Assembly (NCBI GenBank): GCA_048938005.1 | Contig: JBHLMQ010000001.1 | Span: 128,001-192,000, forward strand | Source: Promethearchaeota archaeon | GTDB lineage: Archaea; Asgardarchaeota; Lokiarchaeia; Sigyniarchaeales; SOKP01 | Reading direction: 5' to 3' | Length of the DNA: 64,000 nt | Part shown: positions 19,926-29,943 of the stretch, piece by piece | Layout of the letters: each line of letters begins with the position of its first letter | Position numbering within the stretch: the first letter of the stretch is position 1 | The notes under the pieces: model-generated | Seen by the model: the letters and a program-made list of their open reading frames with translations, nothing else | What the model was told of the DNA's origin: nothing | Database searches by the model: none | Made by a program: the position numbers and the translations under genes

Positions 19926-21674
19926 TTAACTCCACTGCATACTGGCTATCCAATACCTACCCATTGTGTTGCATGGAAAGCCTGATAAGCCTGCATCGTA
20001 AGCTACTACGTGAGGACCATTATAACATAAGGCCCAAGGCATAATTACTGTTAGAAGGCGCAATTGCATTTTGTCAAAAATCTGTTTTCGTGCTACAGGA
20101 TCGGTTTCTTCAAGACAATCTAGCATCCAAGCATTTAATATATCATCATCGACTTGAGCACTATTAGAAGAAGATCCGGGTGTGAATAATGGGTTGATGA
20201 AATTGCTTGGATCGTTATAATCGGGTATCCAGCCAATAAAATAAAGTTCTAACTCATTCTCATATCCAGGGATGTTATATAATCTATATAGATAGTTATA
20301 GAAACTGTAACCTACAAGAGTTAGTTTGACACCAATTTCTGCTAAATTATCAGCTGCTAAAATACCGATTTGTCCTCGTACCAGATTATCTGCATTAAAG
20401 GTATAATTAAAGGTTGCGAGAGGCGGTAAAGTGCCGTTAGTATGTCTGAAAAAGTCATCATGGTCATGTACTCCGTCATTATAAAATGCAGGAACAACTC
20501 CTGCATCAACAAGGTATTGTCTTGCCTTAGTAAGATTTAATACAGGTGTAGGTTGTGTATAATTTGAGAATTGCAACCCTGCGGGGACGTAATTTTTCAA
20601 TCTTGTCGCATCGCCCAGCATGATGTTATCGATTATATAGTCGTAATCCATTGCCCATGAAATTGCTCCTCTCCATGTTTGGTTAACGAATAGAGTACAC
20701 ATTCCCATGTATTGGGTTGCTGTCATCCAAGGTCCATATTCTAAGGTAATACCTGGTGTCATGTCCATTACAGGTCTCATGGTAGGTAAGGGAGCGTTTA
20801 GAAATTGAACATCACCTGATAACAATGCGATATTTCTGGCATTATCATCTGAGATAATAGTAAATGTTAAATCTTTGATTTGTGGCGCACCATCCCAGTA
20901 ATCATCATTAGCTTCGAATGTAGCATCGACAAGAGGTTCATAAACAATAAACTTATAAGGACCAGTCCCAACTATAAATCCTGTATCATCTGCTGGAACC
21001 CTTGATGTAGCATACGCCGCATAAGCGGTAGGTGATACAATATACATTGAGTTGAAGGATAATAAATCCATGAATAATGCATATGGGTAATTTAATATAA
21101 TCTTTACAACATAGGTACTAACAATTTCAGTGCCGTTAATAATTGGACAATGTTCAGTACGCGCAAATGTTGTATTGTAAGGGGCCTCATCGGGCCACAC
21201 GTATAGTTCAGCTGTGTTAGCCAATCCTCCCTGTGCTGATGTAAGGGTACCTGTTACATTCAGGAAATATAGGTATCGATCGATTGAAAATTTAACGGCA
21301 GTAGCATTGAATGGTGTTCCATCATGAAATTTAACACCTTGTCTAAGAGGAACAGTAAGGTTTAAATTATCGGCACTCCAAGTAGCTGGAATTGAAGGAG
21401 ATGCGAGTGCCGCTACAAAGTCTAGAGTAGGAGATGTAAGATCATATCTATATAATGGCTCAGCAACTTGATCCTCCACAGCAGCAGAAATACTATCCCA
21501 ACTATCAGCGACGTCGAGGTGTCTAACTCTTGATCCTACAGCAACATTAAGATCGGTGCGCACAACACCGGGGCCTGCAGGTCCTTGCATAAAGTAAACA
21601 CCAGCACCGATTCCGGCAGCCACTGCAATAATCGCGATTACTCCAATTGCTATATATTGATTTCTTTTTTCCAT
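19926..21674 (-). CDS. oppA: Oligopeptide ABC transporter substrate-binding protein (SBP family 5)
   Basis: N-terminal membrane anchor, LRQGVKFHDGTPFNATAVKFS, GTGPYKF, NDDYW, GWIPDYNDP. Confidence 0.92.
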   Translation of the reverse strand: MEKRNQYIAIGVIAIIAVAAGIGAGVYFMQGPAGPGVVRTDLNVAVGSRVRHLDVADSWDSISAAVEDQVAEPLYRYDLTSPTLDFVAALASPSIPATWSADNLNLTVPLRQGVKFHDGTPFNATAVKFSIDRYLYFLNVTGTLTSAQGGLANTAELYVWPDEAPYNTTFARTEHCPIINGTEIVSTYVVKIILNYPYALFMDLLSFNSMYIVSPTAYAAYATSRVPADDTGFIVGTGPYKFIVYEPLVDATFEANDDYWDGAPQIKDLTFTIISDDNARNIALLSGDVQFLNAPLPTMRPVMDMTPGITLEYGPWMTATQYMGMCTLFVNQTWRGAISWAMDYDYIIDNIMLGDATRLKNYVPAGLQFSNYTQPTPVLNLTKARQYLVDAGVVPAFYNDGVHDHDDFFRHTNGTLPPLATFNYTFNADNLVRGQIGILAADNLAEIGVKLTLVGYSFYNYLYRLYNIPGYENELELYFIGWIPDYNDPSNFINPLFTPGSSSNSAQVDDDILNAWMLDCLEETDPVARKQIFDKMQLRLLTVIMPWALCYNGPHVVAYDAGLSGFPCNTMGRYWIASMQWS

Positions 21675-21984
21675 ATTATGATCACTTAAAATTTTTAAAT
21701 TTCGTTTTTTTAATTTATTAATAGATTTGGTGTTAAATATGTTTTTAAATTTGTAAACTTATAAGTTTTATCCTTTTTTTTATATTATTTTTTAAAATTC
21801 TAATAGATTTTAAAACGATTTATCAAACGCTCTACGCTAAGAAGTGGTCTTTTTTTAAATAGCGACACTAAATAAATTCTTTTATCTAAATAAATCCATC
21901 AATTTTATGGAAACTATAAATTCCAATTTGAATAAAATTCTTAATCTAAAAATTCAGAAATGGGAATAAAATGGGATTACATAA

Positions 21985-22941
21985 TTAGGGATTTAAGATT
22001 TCAATAAGTTCATTGAAATAAAAAGAGAAAAATAAGATTATTAAGAGAATCAGAGCCGCAATTATCATCCCTTTGTCCAAGAAAGCCTTTTCCGTACTAC
22101 GAGCGATTTCTGGTTTAGCTGAAGTCAAATACATATATCTCATTATTAAATAAAGTGATAGGGGTATTGTGAAAATAGAAATATATTCATAAATAGCCGC
22201 ACTTCCAGGCACAGCTAAATCAAAATTGATAATCAGATAAAGTGAATAGGTCATGAATAAAGAGCCAGCAATGATTACATGAAAATAATCCAATATTTTA
22301 AGAGAATATTGATCATATACTTTTTTGTGTTCTATTGCTTTATCTTTTCCAAGGAACATTAGGTCTCCTTTCCTTTTAGCTATACTTAGGAACATAGCAA
22401 TTTCAAATATAGCTAAAAACAACCAAGCAGAAATATATTCCTCTATTATTGCACATCCCGCTAATGCCCTCCATAAATATCCTATAGATAAAATTAGAAT
22501 ATCAATAAAAGCGTAATGTTTAAAAAGTAGATTATAAGCCTGACCTGACACGATTATTAAGATTATCATTATAATTAAGAGAAAATTTGGTATTAAAAAA
22601 ATCAAGGAAAATATAATTATAGTAGTTAATAGAATTAACAATAATATAGCAAAAGATATGGGTAGCTCTCCGGAAGCGAGAGGTCTTTTTTTGATCTTTT
22701 CTGGATGCAATTTATCATTTTCAATATCTCTTATATCATTTATAATATAATTGAATGATGATGCACAACATAATAAAATGAAACCGATTATTAAATTAAG
22801 ATAAAGGGATATATCGAATAATCTTTGGCTAAAAAAAATACCTACAAATATCAGTACATTTTTATAATATTGTCTTATCCGTAAAAGTTGAAAGACACTT
22901 TTAATTTTGCTTATCATTGTTAACTTTTTTGAAAGACACAT
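21985..22941 (-). CDS. UbiA family, decaprenyl-phosphate phosphoribosyltransferase (DPPR synthase)-like
   Basis: RIRQYYKNVLIF, YIINDIRDIENDKLHP.K..RPLASG, AKRKGDL, RYMYL. Confidence 0.8.
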   Translation of the reverse strand: MCLSKKLTMISKIKSVFQLLRIRQYYKNVLIFVGIFFSQRLFDISLYLNLIIGFILLCCASSFNYIINDIRDIENDKLHPEKIKKRPLASGELPISFAILLLILLTTIIIFSLIFLIPNFLLIIMIILIIVSGQAYNLLFKHYAFIDILILSIGYLWRALAGCAIIEEYISAWLFLAIFEIAMFLSIAKRKGDLMFLGKDKAIEHKKVYDQYSLKILDYFHVIIAGSLFMTYSLYLIINFDLAVPGSAAIYEYISIFTIPLSLYLIMRYMYLTSAKPEIARSTEKAFLDKGMIIAALILLIILFFSFYFNELIEILNP

Positions 22942-22956
22942 TTATATTAAACTTTA

Positions 22957-25494
22957 TTAAGTCATAATAACTCTTTTGGGTTTAAACTTCTTTAATATTT
23001 TATATCCTAAACGGCTAGAAAAGCTAGTTGATGATTTAATTTGTATCAAGGCACTGTTATATTCAAAATTTATCAATTCTAATTTATTGTAAGGAATCTT
23101 TATTTCTTTCTCAAAGATATTTTTTACAAGCATTACACCTTCATAAGTACTTTTAGTATTAGGTGGTTTTTTATAGATACTCTCAACATCAACATTTATT
23201 TTTTTAATATAACCAATTTCCAAATTATTCACTGGTTTTTTAAGAAATATATATGATTGAAGTTGTTTTTTAGATAACCATTTTATTATATCCACTTCGC
23301 TTTCTCTAAAAGCAAGGCCTCTGCTAATTGTTAAGTAAATTGTCTTTGGCCTGATTATTAATTCACTAAGAGCATATTTGATAGATTCTTCATCTTGATT
23401 TTCAAATCTGGTAAGTTTTATTTGAAAATCTTCTAATTTCTTAGCAGGAATTATATTCATACATTTATATATTTTTAGCGCTCCTTTGGTTTTTAAAAAA
23501 ATTTCATGATCTTTAAAATTTTTAATTAGAAAAAGAGAATTTGGTAATTTTGTTTTCGCAATAGGTTTTTGGATTTTATTATTGTTTTGATCTAAAAAAA
23601 GATAGTATCCATTTTTATTATTTTCATCCAATTCAATATCAATTAAAATTAATGGTATATTTTTATTCAAGAAATATTGCTCATTTAAATCATATTGAAT
23701 ACGTGAATATAAAGATGAGTTTAAGAGGCATTTTCTAGATGTCTTTAAATCTATAATGATAAATTGATCAGGATCTACTATATCATCAATAAATTGAACA
23801 TTAATTAATTTACCAATAATAAGTTCATCTGTAATTAAATTTCTAAAGATATAATCTTTTTGGATTTCAAATTTGAACAATTCTTTTCTTTTAAGTTTCT
23901 CCATTAATGAAGAAATATCACTGATTTTAAAAAATTCCTTAAATTTATTATTTGCTATGATTTTAAATTTTTCTCTTGCTTCTTCAAATTTTTTAGCATA
24001 TTTTTTTTGTTTAGATTTTTTTAAGCAAATAAATGGAAGAATTGCTTCTTTACTTGGTTTCAAGGCACTACCTAAAATTACAGCAATTCTATAATAACTA
24101 GGAGGATGTGAATTAATTAAATTAGCTAAAAGTGATGTTCTTGATGGCTTAATCATTGAACGATTTAAATAAATGGCGGTATTCATGTAATCTAAAAGTT
24201 GATTGTCCCTTGTTATTTTTTCTTCACTTAAAAGCATAGTATTTAATCCAATTTCCCGACCACTTGCATAAAAGCTTTCTAAGTTATAGAGAGCTTTAGC
24301 AAGTTCATTAGCATATCCTGCTTTCTTTGCCATTAAATCTGCTTTTCCTTCAAGGATTCTAACAAATACAAAAAGAAGAACATATATTGCTAAATTTAAA
24401 AGTATAAAATTTATCATTGGAAGCTGTGGATTTCCAAAAGTATAATCATAGTAAGTAGCAGGAATACCAAGAAGCATTCTAACAATAAGATCCACAGATG
24501 TAATTAATGTTAAAATGAGTGTATGTTTTCCTTTTGTATGAGCCAATTCATGAGCCAAAATGCCTTTTAATTCATCTTCAGGAATTTGATTGATATCATC
24601 AGCTATAATAGCAACCCTTTTATCAAGTACAGAGCCATAAGCCATAGCATTTAATATAGGATAGTTTCCAAAACCTACTTTAACTCTTCCTTTAATTCCA
24701 ATATCAGCTTTTATTTTATTTACAATTTTCAACAGATTTTCATCTTTTACTTTCTTGATGCCCAATAATTTGTCTAAAATTAAACCTGATATAAAATAAA
24801 TTATCCAATTAACTAGAATTAAGATAAAATAAATATTCATAAAAAAATCGAGAATTGTAAACCCACTAGAGCCAATTTGTTTCCCTGTAATAAAATTTAG
24901 GGGAGTATATTGATTTATTAAAACAACAGCTAACCAAGCAATAATATACAAAAATAATGTTAAGTATTCAGGGCTCATGAATCGCCAAACAATTATATAC
25001 TTTCTTCCAAACAGTATAAAACCCATGATAAGAATAATCCAAAAAGAAAAAGCAAAACTTGTATTTATGAAAAACGGATCTTTTAAATAGTAGGAAAATA
25101 AGCCAGCTATGAATATAATATTATACGTTATTAGAGAAATTATCAAGATTTTGTTCAGAACAGGGTAATTCTTTAATTCAAAAACACCTATCCATAGATA
25201 TATTGAAAAAGCACCCATTATCGAAGTTAAAAAATCTTTTGAAACGAAATAAATGAGAAAAAAGAAAAAAGCAATCGCAATAATATCACTCATTTCACTT
25301 CTCTTACCATTTCTTGCCCATTGATAAACTTCTTCGATAGTTAATAAATATAGAAAAAGTAATATTAAAAATGTCCAATCAATTAAGAGTGATGATAAAT
25401 TGAATTGAAAAACAAGAGAATTAAAAATGAAAGATAACCCAACTGAACCTAAGAGATAAATAATAAAAAGCAGATATCTATTTTTTTTTCTCAT
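22957..25494 (-). CDS. M48 family (HtpX/Ste24-like) membrane metalloprotease with long N- and C-terminal extensions
   Basis: NAMAYG, ELKGILAHELAH (HExxH), EGKAD, LAKALYNL, SHPP; multiple TM helices. Confidence 0.85.
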   Translation of the reverse strand: MRKKNRYLLFIIYLLGSVGLSFIFNSLVFQFNLSSLLIDWTFLILLFLYLLTIEEVYQWARNGKRSEMSDIIAIAFFFFLIYFVSKDFLTSIMGAFSIYLWIGVFELKNYPVLNKILIISLITYNIIFIAGLFSYYLKDPFFINTSFAFSFWIILIMGFILFGRKYIIVWRFMSPEYLTLFLYIIAWLAVVLINQYTPLNFITGKQIGSSGFTILDFFMNIYFILILVNWIIYFISGLILDKLLGIKKVKDENLLKIVNKIKADIGIKGRVKVGFGNYPILNAMAYGSVLDKRVAIIADDINQIPEDELKGILAHELAHTKGKHTLILTLITSVDLIVRMLLGIPATYYDYTFGNPQLPMINFILLNLAIYVLLFVFVRILEGKADLMAKKAGYANELAKALYNLESFYASGREIGLNTMLLSEEKITRDNQLLDYMNTAIYLNRSMIKPSRTSLLANLINSHPPSYYRIAVILGSALKPSKEAILPFICLKKSKQKKYAKKFEEAREKFKIIANNKFKEFFKISDISSLMEKLKRKELFKFEIQKDYIFRNLITDELIIGKLINVQFIDDIVDPDQFIIIDLKTSRKCLLNSSLYSRIQYDLNEQYFLNKNIPLILIDIELDENNKNGYYLFLDQNNNKIQKPIAKTKLPNSLFLIKNFKDHEIFLKTKGALKIYKCMNIIPAKKLEDFQIKLTRFENQDEESIKYALSELIIRPKTIYLTISRGLAFRESEVDIIKWLSKKQLQSYIFLKKPVNNLEIGYIKKINVDVESIYKKPPNTKSTYEGVMLVKNIFEKEIKIPYNKLELINFEYNSALIQIKSSTSFSSRLGYKILKKFKPKRVIMT

Positions 25495-25602
25495 AATAAA
25501 AACCTTTATTTTATTATTAAAATCATTATTTGTTTAATATTTCAGATTACATCAATTTTTATTATTCTTTTAAAATTAAAAGTTATTAATAATATTCAAT
25601 TA

Positions 25603-26985
25603 TTAACTAGCGGCTTCAACATTCAGATTTCTTTTTTTCATTTTGTCAATCTCCCTCCAGAAATACTTTATAGTAATCAAATACCACAATAATAACACAG
25701 GAATAACCAATATAAAAGAAATTAATAAATTAGTAGGGATTTTTATTATTTTTAGGTCTATATCCCCTAATTCGAGAGGCATAATTACTGTTTCAACTAG
25801 TATTAGTAATAAAATAAGAGAAATTAATAGAATTATCATTAAAAAGATTACTCCTCTAATTCTAGGGAATTTGTATAATATCAAAACTGTAGGGGCAGAT
25901 AGAATAATTAACACGGTGATTAAGACATATATTTCTAAATTCGATGAAGTAAATTGCATAAACAAGATAGATATTATTGAAAAAAATCCGCATATTACAG
26001 AAATTGCATAAAAATTTTTAAGTAATTCTGGTTCTGTTAATGGTCCTTTTGATAATATTAATCGCGGTAAGGTTAACACAGCATCTTTTTGATCTGAAGC
26101 TTTAATTCGATCATCTTCGAGTAAAACAATATCCTCTTTACTTTCTCTAATATCACTACTTTCAAAAAATCCACGTACGGAATATATATAATAGAAACTA
26201 TTAAATATGTGGATTAAAAGAGCACAGAATGTAGCAACCTCTAATGACCCAAACAGCATAATACATGCAATCATTGCCCCCATACTTAAAGTACCTATAT
26301 CTCCAGGAAAGATTTTCGCAGGATATTTATTATATATGAAAAAAGGGATTAATATTGCAATAACAGGAACTGCAAAAATTACTGCTTCAGCAGAATCCCA
26401 AATTAATCCACAAATAAACAAAAAAATCACTGCAATTAAACAAGTTCCAGAACCTTCACCATTATATCCTTCTAACATATTTACTGTATTTACAAAAACT
26501 GCAATTATAATTGGTACTAAATATGGATAAATAATGGTTAATCTTGTTTTATCAATAAAAGGAATTGTAGGCGAAGAGATTGTGATAAATCCAAAAAAAT
26601 TTGCAAAGAAGATTACACCTCCAGAAAAAATTGATAATATTATTTTATAACGTGAGCGCAATTTTTTTCTGTCATCAATAAATCCAATGATTCCAGTTAA
26701 TATAACAGTTAGAAGAAAAATGATAATTTCATTAAGAAAAGTAGGAAAGAATATTATTAAAAAAATTGAGGAAACTATAAAACCAATTATTATACTAAGT
26801 CCACCAGATTCAGCAACTTCAGGTTGAGCGTTTTTATGAATATCAAAACCCACATATCCTTTTGTTTTCATGAATTTTATTATAGGAGGGATTATGATAT
26901 ATGTAACAAAAAATCCAATAAGAAAAATAATTATTAAAAAGAAAATCTCTAAAACACCCATATTCAATTCAGAAAGAGGAATCAT
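25603..26985 (-). CDS. UDP-GlcNAc:dolichol-phosphate GlcNAc-1-phosphate transferase (GPT/Alg7/AglH, MraY-like)
   Basis: GFDIHK, VAESGG, GFIDD, NTVNMLEGYNG, YNKYPAKIFPGDIGT. Confidence 0.87.
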   Translation of the reverse strand: MIPLSELNMGVLEIFFLIIIFLIGFFVTYIIIPPIIKFMKTKGYVGFDIHKNAQPEVAESGGLSIIIGFIVSSIFLIIFFPTFLNEIIIFLLTVILTGIIGFIDDRKKLRSRYKIILSIFSGGVIFFANFFGFITISSPTIPFIDKTRLTIIYPYLVPIIIAVFVNTVNMLEGYNGEGSGTCLIAVIFLFICGLIWDSAEAVIFAVPVIAILIPFFIYNKYPAKIFPGDIGTLSMGAMIACIMLFGSLEVATFCALLIHIFNSFYYIYSVRGFFESSDIRESKEDIVLLEDDRIKASDQKDAVLTLPRLILSKGPLTEPELLKNFYAISVICGFFSIISILFMQFTSSNLEIYVLITVLIILSAPTVLILYKFPRIRGVIFLMIILLISLILLLILVETVIMPLELGDIDLKIIKIPTNLLISFILVIPVLLLWYLITIKYFWREIDKMKKRNLNVEAAS

Positions 26986-27136
26986 TTTTCTTACATATTA
27001 TATTTAATTTTTAATAAATCTCATTTGTATTACAGATTGTAGAGATAAAAAATTAAAATATTTAATGTATTAAAATTTTTTATTTTTTAATTTGGGAGAC
27101 ATAAAAATTAATAGCCCGGCACGGATTCGAACCGTG

Positions 27137-27166
27137 TTCGCTATACACCTCATAGTGGGATGCATA
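27137..27166 (-). other. tRNA intron 2 (variable loop/T-stem junction, about 48/49)
   Basis: 30 nt; ATGCATC/GGTGTAT hairpin; bulges AC|T and AA|C around CGCG/AGCG; removal restores a CGAC variable loop. Confidence 0.72.
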
Positions 27167-27199
27167 GTCGCGGGGTTCAAAGCCCCAAATGCTTGGCCA

Positions 27200-27229
27200 T
27201 TTTGCTTAATACATAAGTTATGTATTAAT
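27200..27229 (-). other. tRNA intron 1 (D-loop, junction 15/16)
   Basis: 30 nt; perfect TTAATACATA/TATGTATTAA hairpin; relaxed bulge-helix-bulge geometry AG|A and AA|T around a 4-nt helix with 3 of 4 pairs. Confidence 0.8.
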
Positions 27230-27271
27230 CTACACCACCGGGCTAAGAGAATAAATCTTGGTAATGACTTT

Positions 27272-27916
27272 TTATCTCTCTCTCGAGTTTTTTAAAATAT
27301 TAAATGGTTTTAGATCTTGATCAAAAAATTTTTCATCTAATAAATCTTTATTGGTTTTAAGGAACTCAATTTCTTGTTTTTTATTGCGATATTTATCTGG
27401 TAAAATCTGCGGAATAGTTTCTATAATAGGATACCAACGCTTACAATTACTACAAAATAATATACCAGATTCTATATCAATATCCAATTTAATTTTATTT
27501 ATAAAAAAAAGTTCTGGTAAAATTGTTTCTAATTCGTTGAAGTTAAATTTTTTGGAAAATTCTAAAAGTTTTAGCTTAACTTCAGAATTTATAAGTTTAA
27601 AACATTTTTTACTTAATATATTTGTAGAATTATCAAATACATTTTCAAATTCATTTATACTCGAGATAATTTGCTCAAGATAATTTATGAGTTTAGTTTT
27701 CTCAATAACAATATTATCCTTCACATAGAATTCTCCATCTTCGTTATAAATATCAATTATTTCTTCCTTTTTAATAAAGCTGAGATCTCGGTTTTCATAT
27801 TTATCAATAATAGATTGAAATTCTTCTGGTTTATTTTCAAAAGAAAAAATGTATAATTTTAAAGGAAAGTATTTATCAATAGGACACGCCAATATATCAA
27901 AGAGCCATGGTTTCAT
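27272..27916 (-). CDS. trm112: Trm112 family methyltransferase activator with a long internal insertion
   Basis: N-terminal MKPWLFDILACPIDK.FPLKL and C-terminal IESGILFCSNCKRWYPIIETIPQIL halves of the split Trm112 zinc domain. Confidence 0.82.
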   Translation of the reverse strand: MKPWLFDILACPIDKYFPLKLYIFSFENKPEEFQSIIDKYENRDLSFIKKEEIIDIYNEDGEFYVKDNIVIEKTKLINYLEQIISSINEFENVFDNSTNILSKKCFKLINSEVKLKLLEFSKKFNFNELETILPELFFINKIKLDIDIESGILFCSNCKRWYPIIETIPQILPDKYRNKKQEIEFLKTNKDLLDEKFFDQDLKPFNILKNSRER

Positions 27917-27941
27917 AAATTCTTACACACATAAAGAATTC

Positions 27942-29789
27942 TTATAAAGTATAACTCCTTAACTGTTGAAGTAACTTATCAATTGTTCGATCAATTTTTT
28001 TTCTTCGTTTTTTGATTTTATCTGATAAATTTTGATATGCTGCTCTAGAAGGCACTCTACCTCTCTTATATCTAGATTCTAGAAGGCTTAGACTATCTTT
28101 AACACTTATTCTCTCCGCTTCAAGAACATCTAATTTTTTTATTATATTTTCAAAAGTTTCATTTGTCTCTATTATTATTTTTTTAAACGGAATTATCTCT
28201 TGTTGTATTTCTTCAATTTTCGATTTATTTTTATCTAAGATATTTTTATATTTCTTTTTTGCCATTTTTTTTCGTTTAGTATCTTCTTCTGCTTGTCTAA
28301 TTTCCAAGGTTAAAGCATTTTTTTCTTCGTATAAAGAAGAAAATTCTCTAATTTCGTTAACAGGAATAAATTCTCTTATTATCATAGCTTTATCATATTG
28401 TTTCTTTCTTGTTTTAGTAATTAAAACAAAAATTGAAGCAGATATAGCTATTATTAATATAAATATAACAGGTCTAAGAAGTATGTAAAAAGGATCTATA
28501 GTAAATGTAAATTGGATTAACATTTCTTCAATAGGAGTGACAAAATCGGATTTATATACAATTATAGTAGTTCCCTGAGATATTTTAATGGTATCTGGAG
28601 GATTGGTAATTGAATTGATATTTTGACACCCATCAATTATCACATTAATAGTTTGATCCCTTCCTAAATAATCATATACAGTTGTTAATAAATCGATCTT
28701 TACTGATTCTTGGAACCAATTTTGTGAAACATAATTTTCAAACGGTAAATTATATTCCACTTTAAAATTCCATATTGAATTAGGTGTCATATTGAGGCGA
28801 TTTACAAATAAATTAATTCTCACAGTTTTATATTTTGAAGTTCCTGAATTTTCAATTGTAATTCCTAATATTTCTCCTAAATCATCTGATATATATAGAT
28901 TGTCAGCATTTTTGGGAATTTTAAATGAAACTCTATAAAAATCTATTTTACCTAAATTTTGTATTGAGAAATCTTCTTTAACTCTTATTATCCCCCATGG
29001 CGAGATAAAAATGTTACGGTTTATTTCTATCATCTCTGTTTTTGTTGCGGAGGAGTCAGTAAAAGAGATTTTAGAATTCTTTTTGTCTCCTAAATTTTCC
29101 AAAAAAGGAGCTATAAAATCAGCACCAATTTCATTCTTTATGGTATTAAAATTAAATCTGACGAGATGGCGTCCATCATCGACAACACCCCAATCCGATT
29201 GTCCTCCTGATGCACTTATAGGATAATGAAAAATGGCTATTATTTTACCCTCTAACCTGTAAGGTAAAAGTGGATAAACCGTTACTAAAGAGCTTACAGG
29301 TTGCGGATTACTCTTCCCGTAGGAGGGTATATCTTTATAAATATAGTAGATCCTTATTCTTCTTGTTTGATGTGGTAATAGAGGGGAATTAAAATAAATA
29401 ACTATTAGTTCATGTCCATTCATTATCATATAAGGACTTTCAGTCAATAAGGTATTTTGATCCGTTCCCATGGCTTTAAAAAAAACTAAATCGTCAGATA
29501 GATCCACCGGAATTCCATAAAAAAATGAAGAAATCGGATTATTATTGAAATTTTTAATTTCTAATGAATCATTAATACTTATTAAACCTGTAAGACTTAT
29601 ATTAACTTGTCTATTAACTTGTGTAATTAATACATTTTCTATTCCTTCCAAACTGGAGGAATTTTCTAATTTACTATTTTTTTTGTAATTTGGATATTCT
29701 AGATTTGAATTATCTGCCAAGAATGAAAATATCACTATAAATAATAGAAATCCCGCGAAAAGTAATAATATTTTATCTCTTTTTAACAT
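27942..29789 (-). CDS. Ribophorin I (OST1/RPN1) homolog
   Basis: N-terminal signal/anchor, two lumenal beta domains with RQVNISLTGLI and RNIFISPWGIIRVKE (cf. RPN1 RxIEVSHWGNI.VEE), ISDDLGEI, one TM, cytoplasmic coiled coil. Confidence 0.8.
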   Translation of the reverse strand: MLKRDKILLLFAGFLLFIVIFSFLADNSNLEYPNYKKNSKLENSSSLEGIENVLITQVNRQVNISLTGLISINDSLEIKNFNNNPISSFFYGIPVDLSDDLVFFKAMGTDQNTLLTESPYMIMNGHELIVIYFNSPLLPHQTRRIRIYYIYKDIPSYGKSNPQPVSSLVTVYPLLPYRLEGKIIAIFHYPISASGGQSDWGVVDDGRHLVRFNFNTIKNEIGADFIAPFLENLGDKKNSKISFTDSSATKTEMIEINRNIFISPWGIIRVKEDFSIQNLGKIDFYRVSFKIPKNADNLYISDDLGEILGITIENSGTSKYKTVRINLFVNRLNMTPNSIWNFKVEYNLPFENYVSQNWFQESVKIDLLTTVYDYLGRDQTINVIIDGCQNINSITNPPDTIKISQGTTIIVYKSDFVTPIEEMLIQFTFTIDPFYILLRPVIFILIIAISASIFVLITKTRKKQYDKAMIIREFIPVNEIREFSSLYEEKNALTLEIRQAEEDTKRKKMAKKKYKNILDKNKSKIEEIQQEIIPFKKIIIETNETFENIIKKLDVLEAERISVKDSLSLLESRYKRGRVPSRAAYQNLSDKIKKRRKKIDRTIDKLLQQLRSYTL

Positions 29790-29943
29790 AATAATTTTTT
29801 GAAAACTTAAATTATCCTAAAATAATTAAAATTAAATATAAAAATTTATTAAATTTTTTTTCATATTTCAAGATAAAATTTTATATGTTTTCTGTAATTA
29901 CTTTAAAACATAATTTTAGTAAAATTTTCTATTAGTTTTGGTT

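Larger units (their letters stand above)
27112..27244 (-). tRNA. tRNA-Gln(UUG) with two 30-nt non-canonical introns
   Basis: Removing 27229-27200 and 27166-27137 gives a 73-nt cloverleaf AGCCCGG-TG-GTGT-AGTGGCCAA-GCAT-T-TGGGG-CTTTGAA-CCCCG-CGAC-CACGG-TTCGAAT-CCGTG-CCGGGCT-A, with the A1-U72 pair typical of archaeal tRNA-Gln. Confidence 0.9.

Noticed and set aside
19926-21674. Visibly higher GC content of oppA as a horizontally acquired island
   Set aside because: Confined to one gene inside an intact operon, with no mobility genes or flanking repeats; amino-acid composition and high expression explain it
27137-27170. Second tRNA insert read as a long type-II variable arm (Ser/Leu/Sec-like tRNA)
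   Set aside because: The UUG anticodon, A1-U72 pair and Gln-like body, together with BHB-like geometry that restores CGAC, favour an intron; not formally excluded
27206-27228. Perfect inverted repeat TTAATACATAA-G-TTATGTATTAA as an operator, terminator or MITE end
   Set aside because: Fully explained as the hairpin of tRNA intron 1
27092-27295. 67-aa plus-strand ORF in the ORF track
   Set aside because: It lies antisense over the tRNA-Gln gene and has no protein-like features
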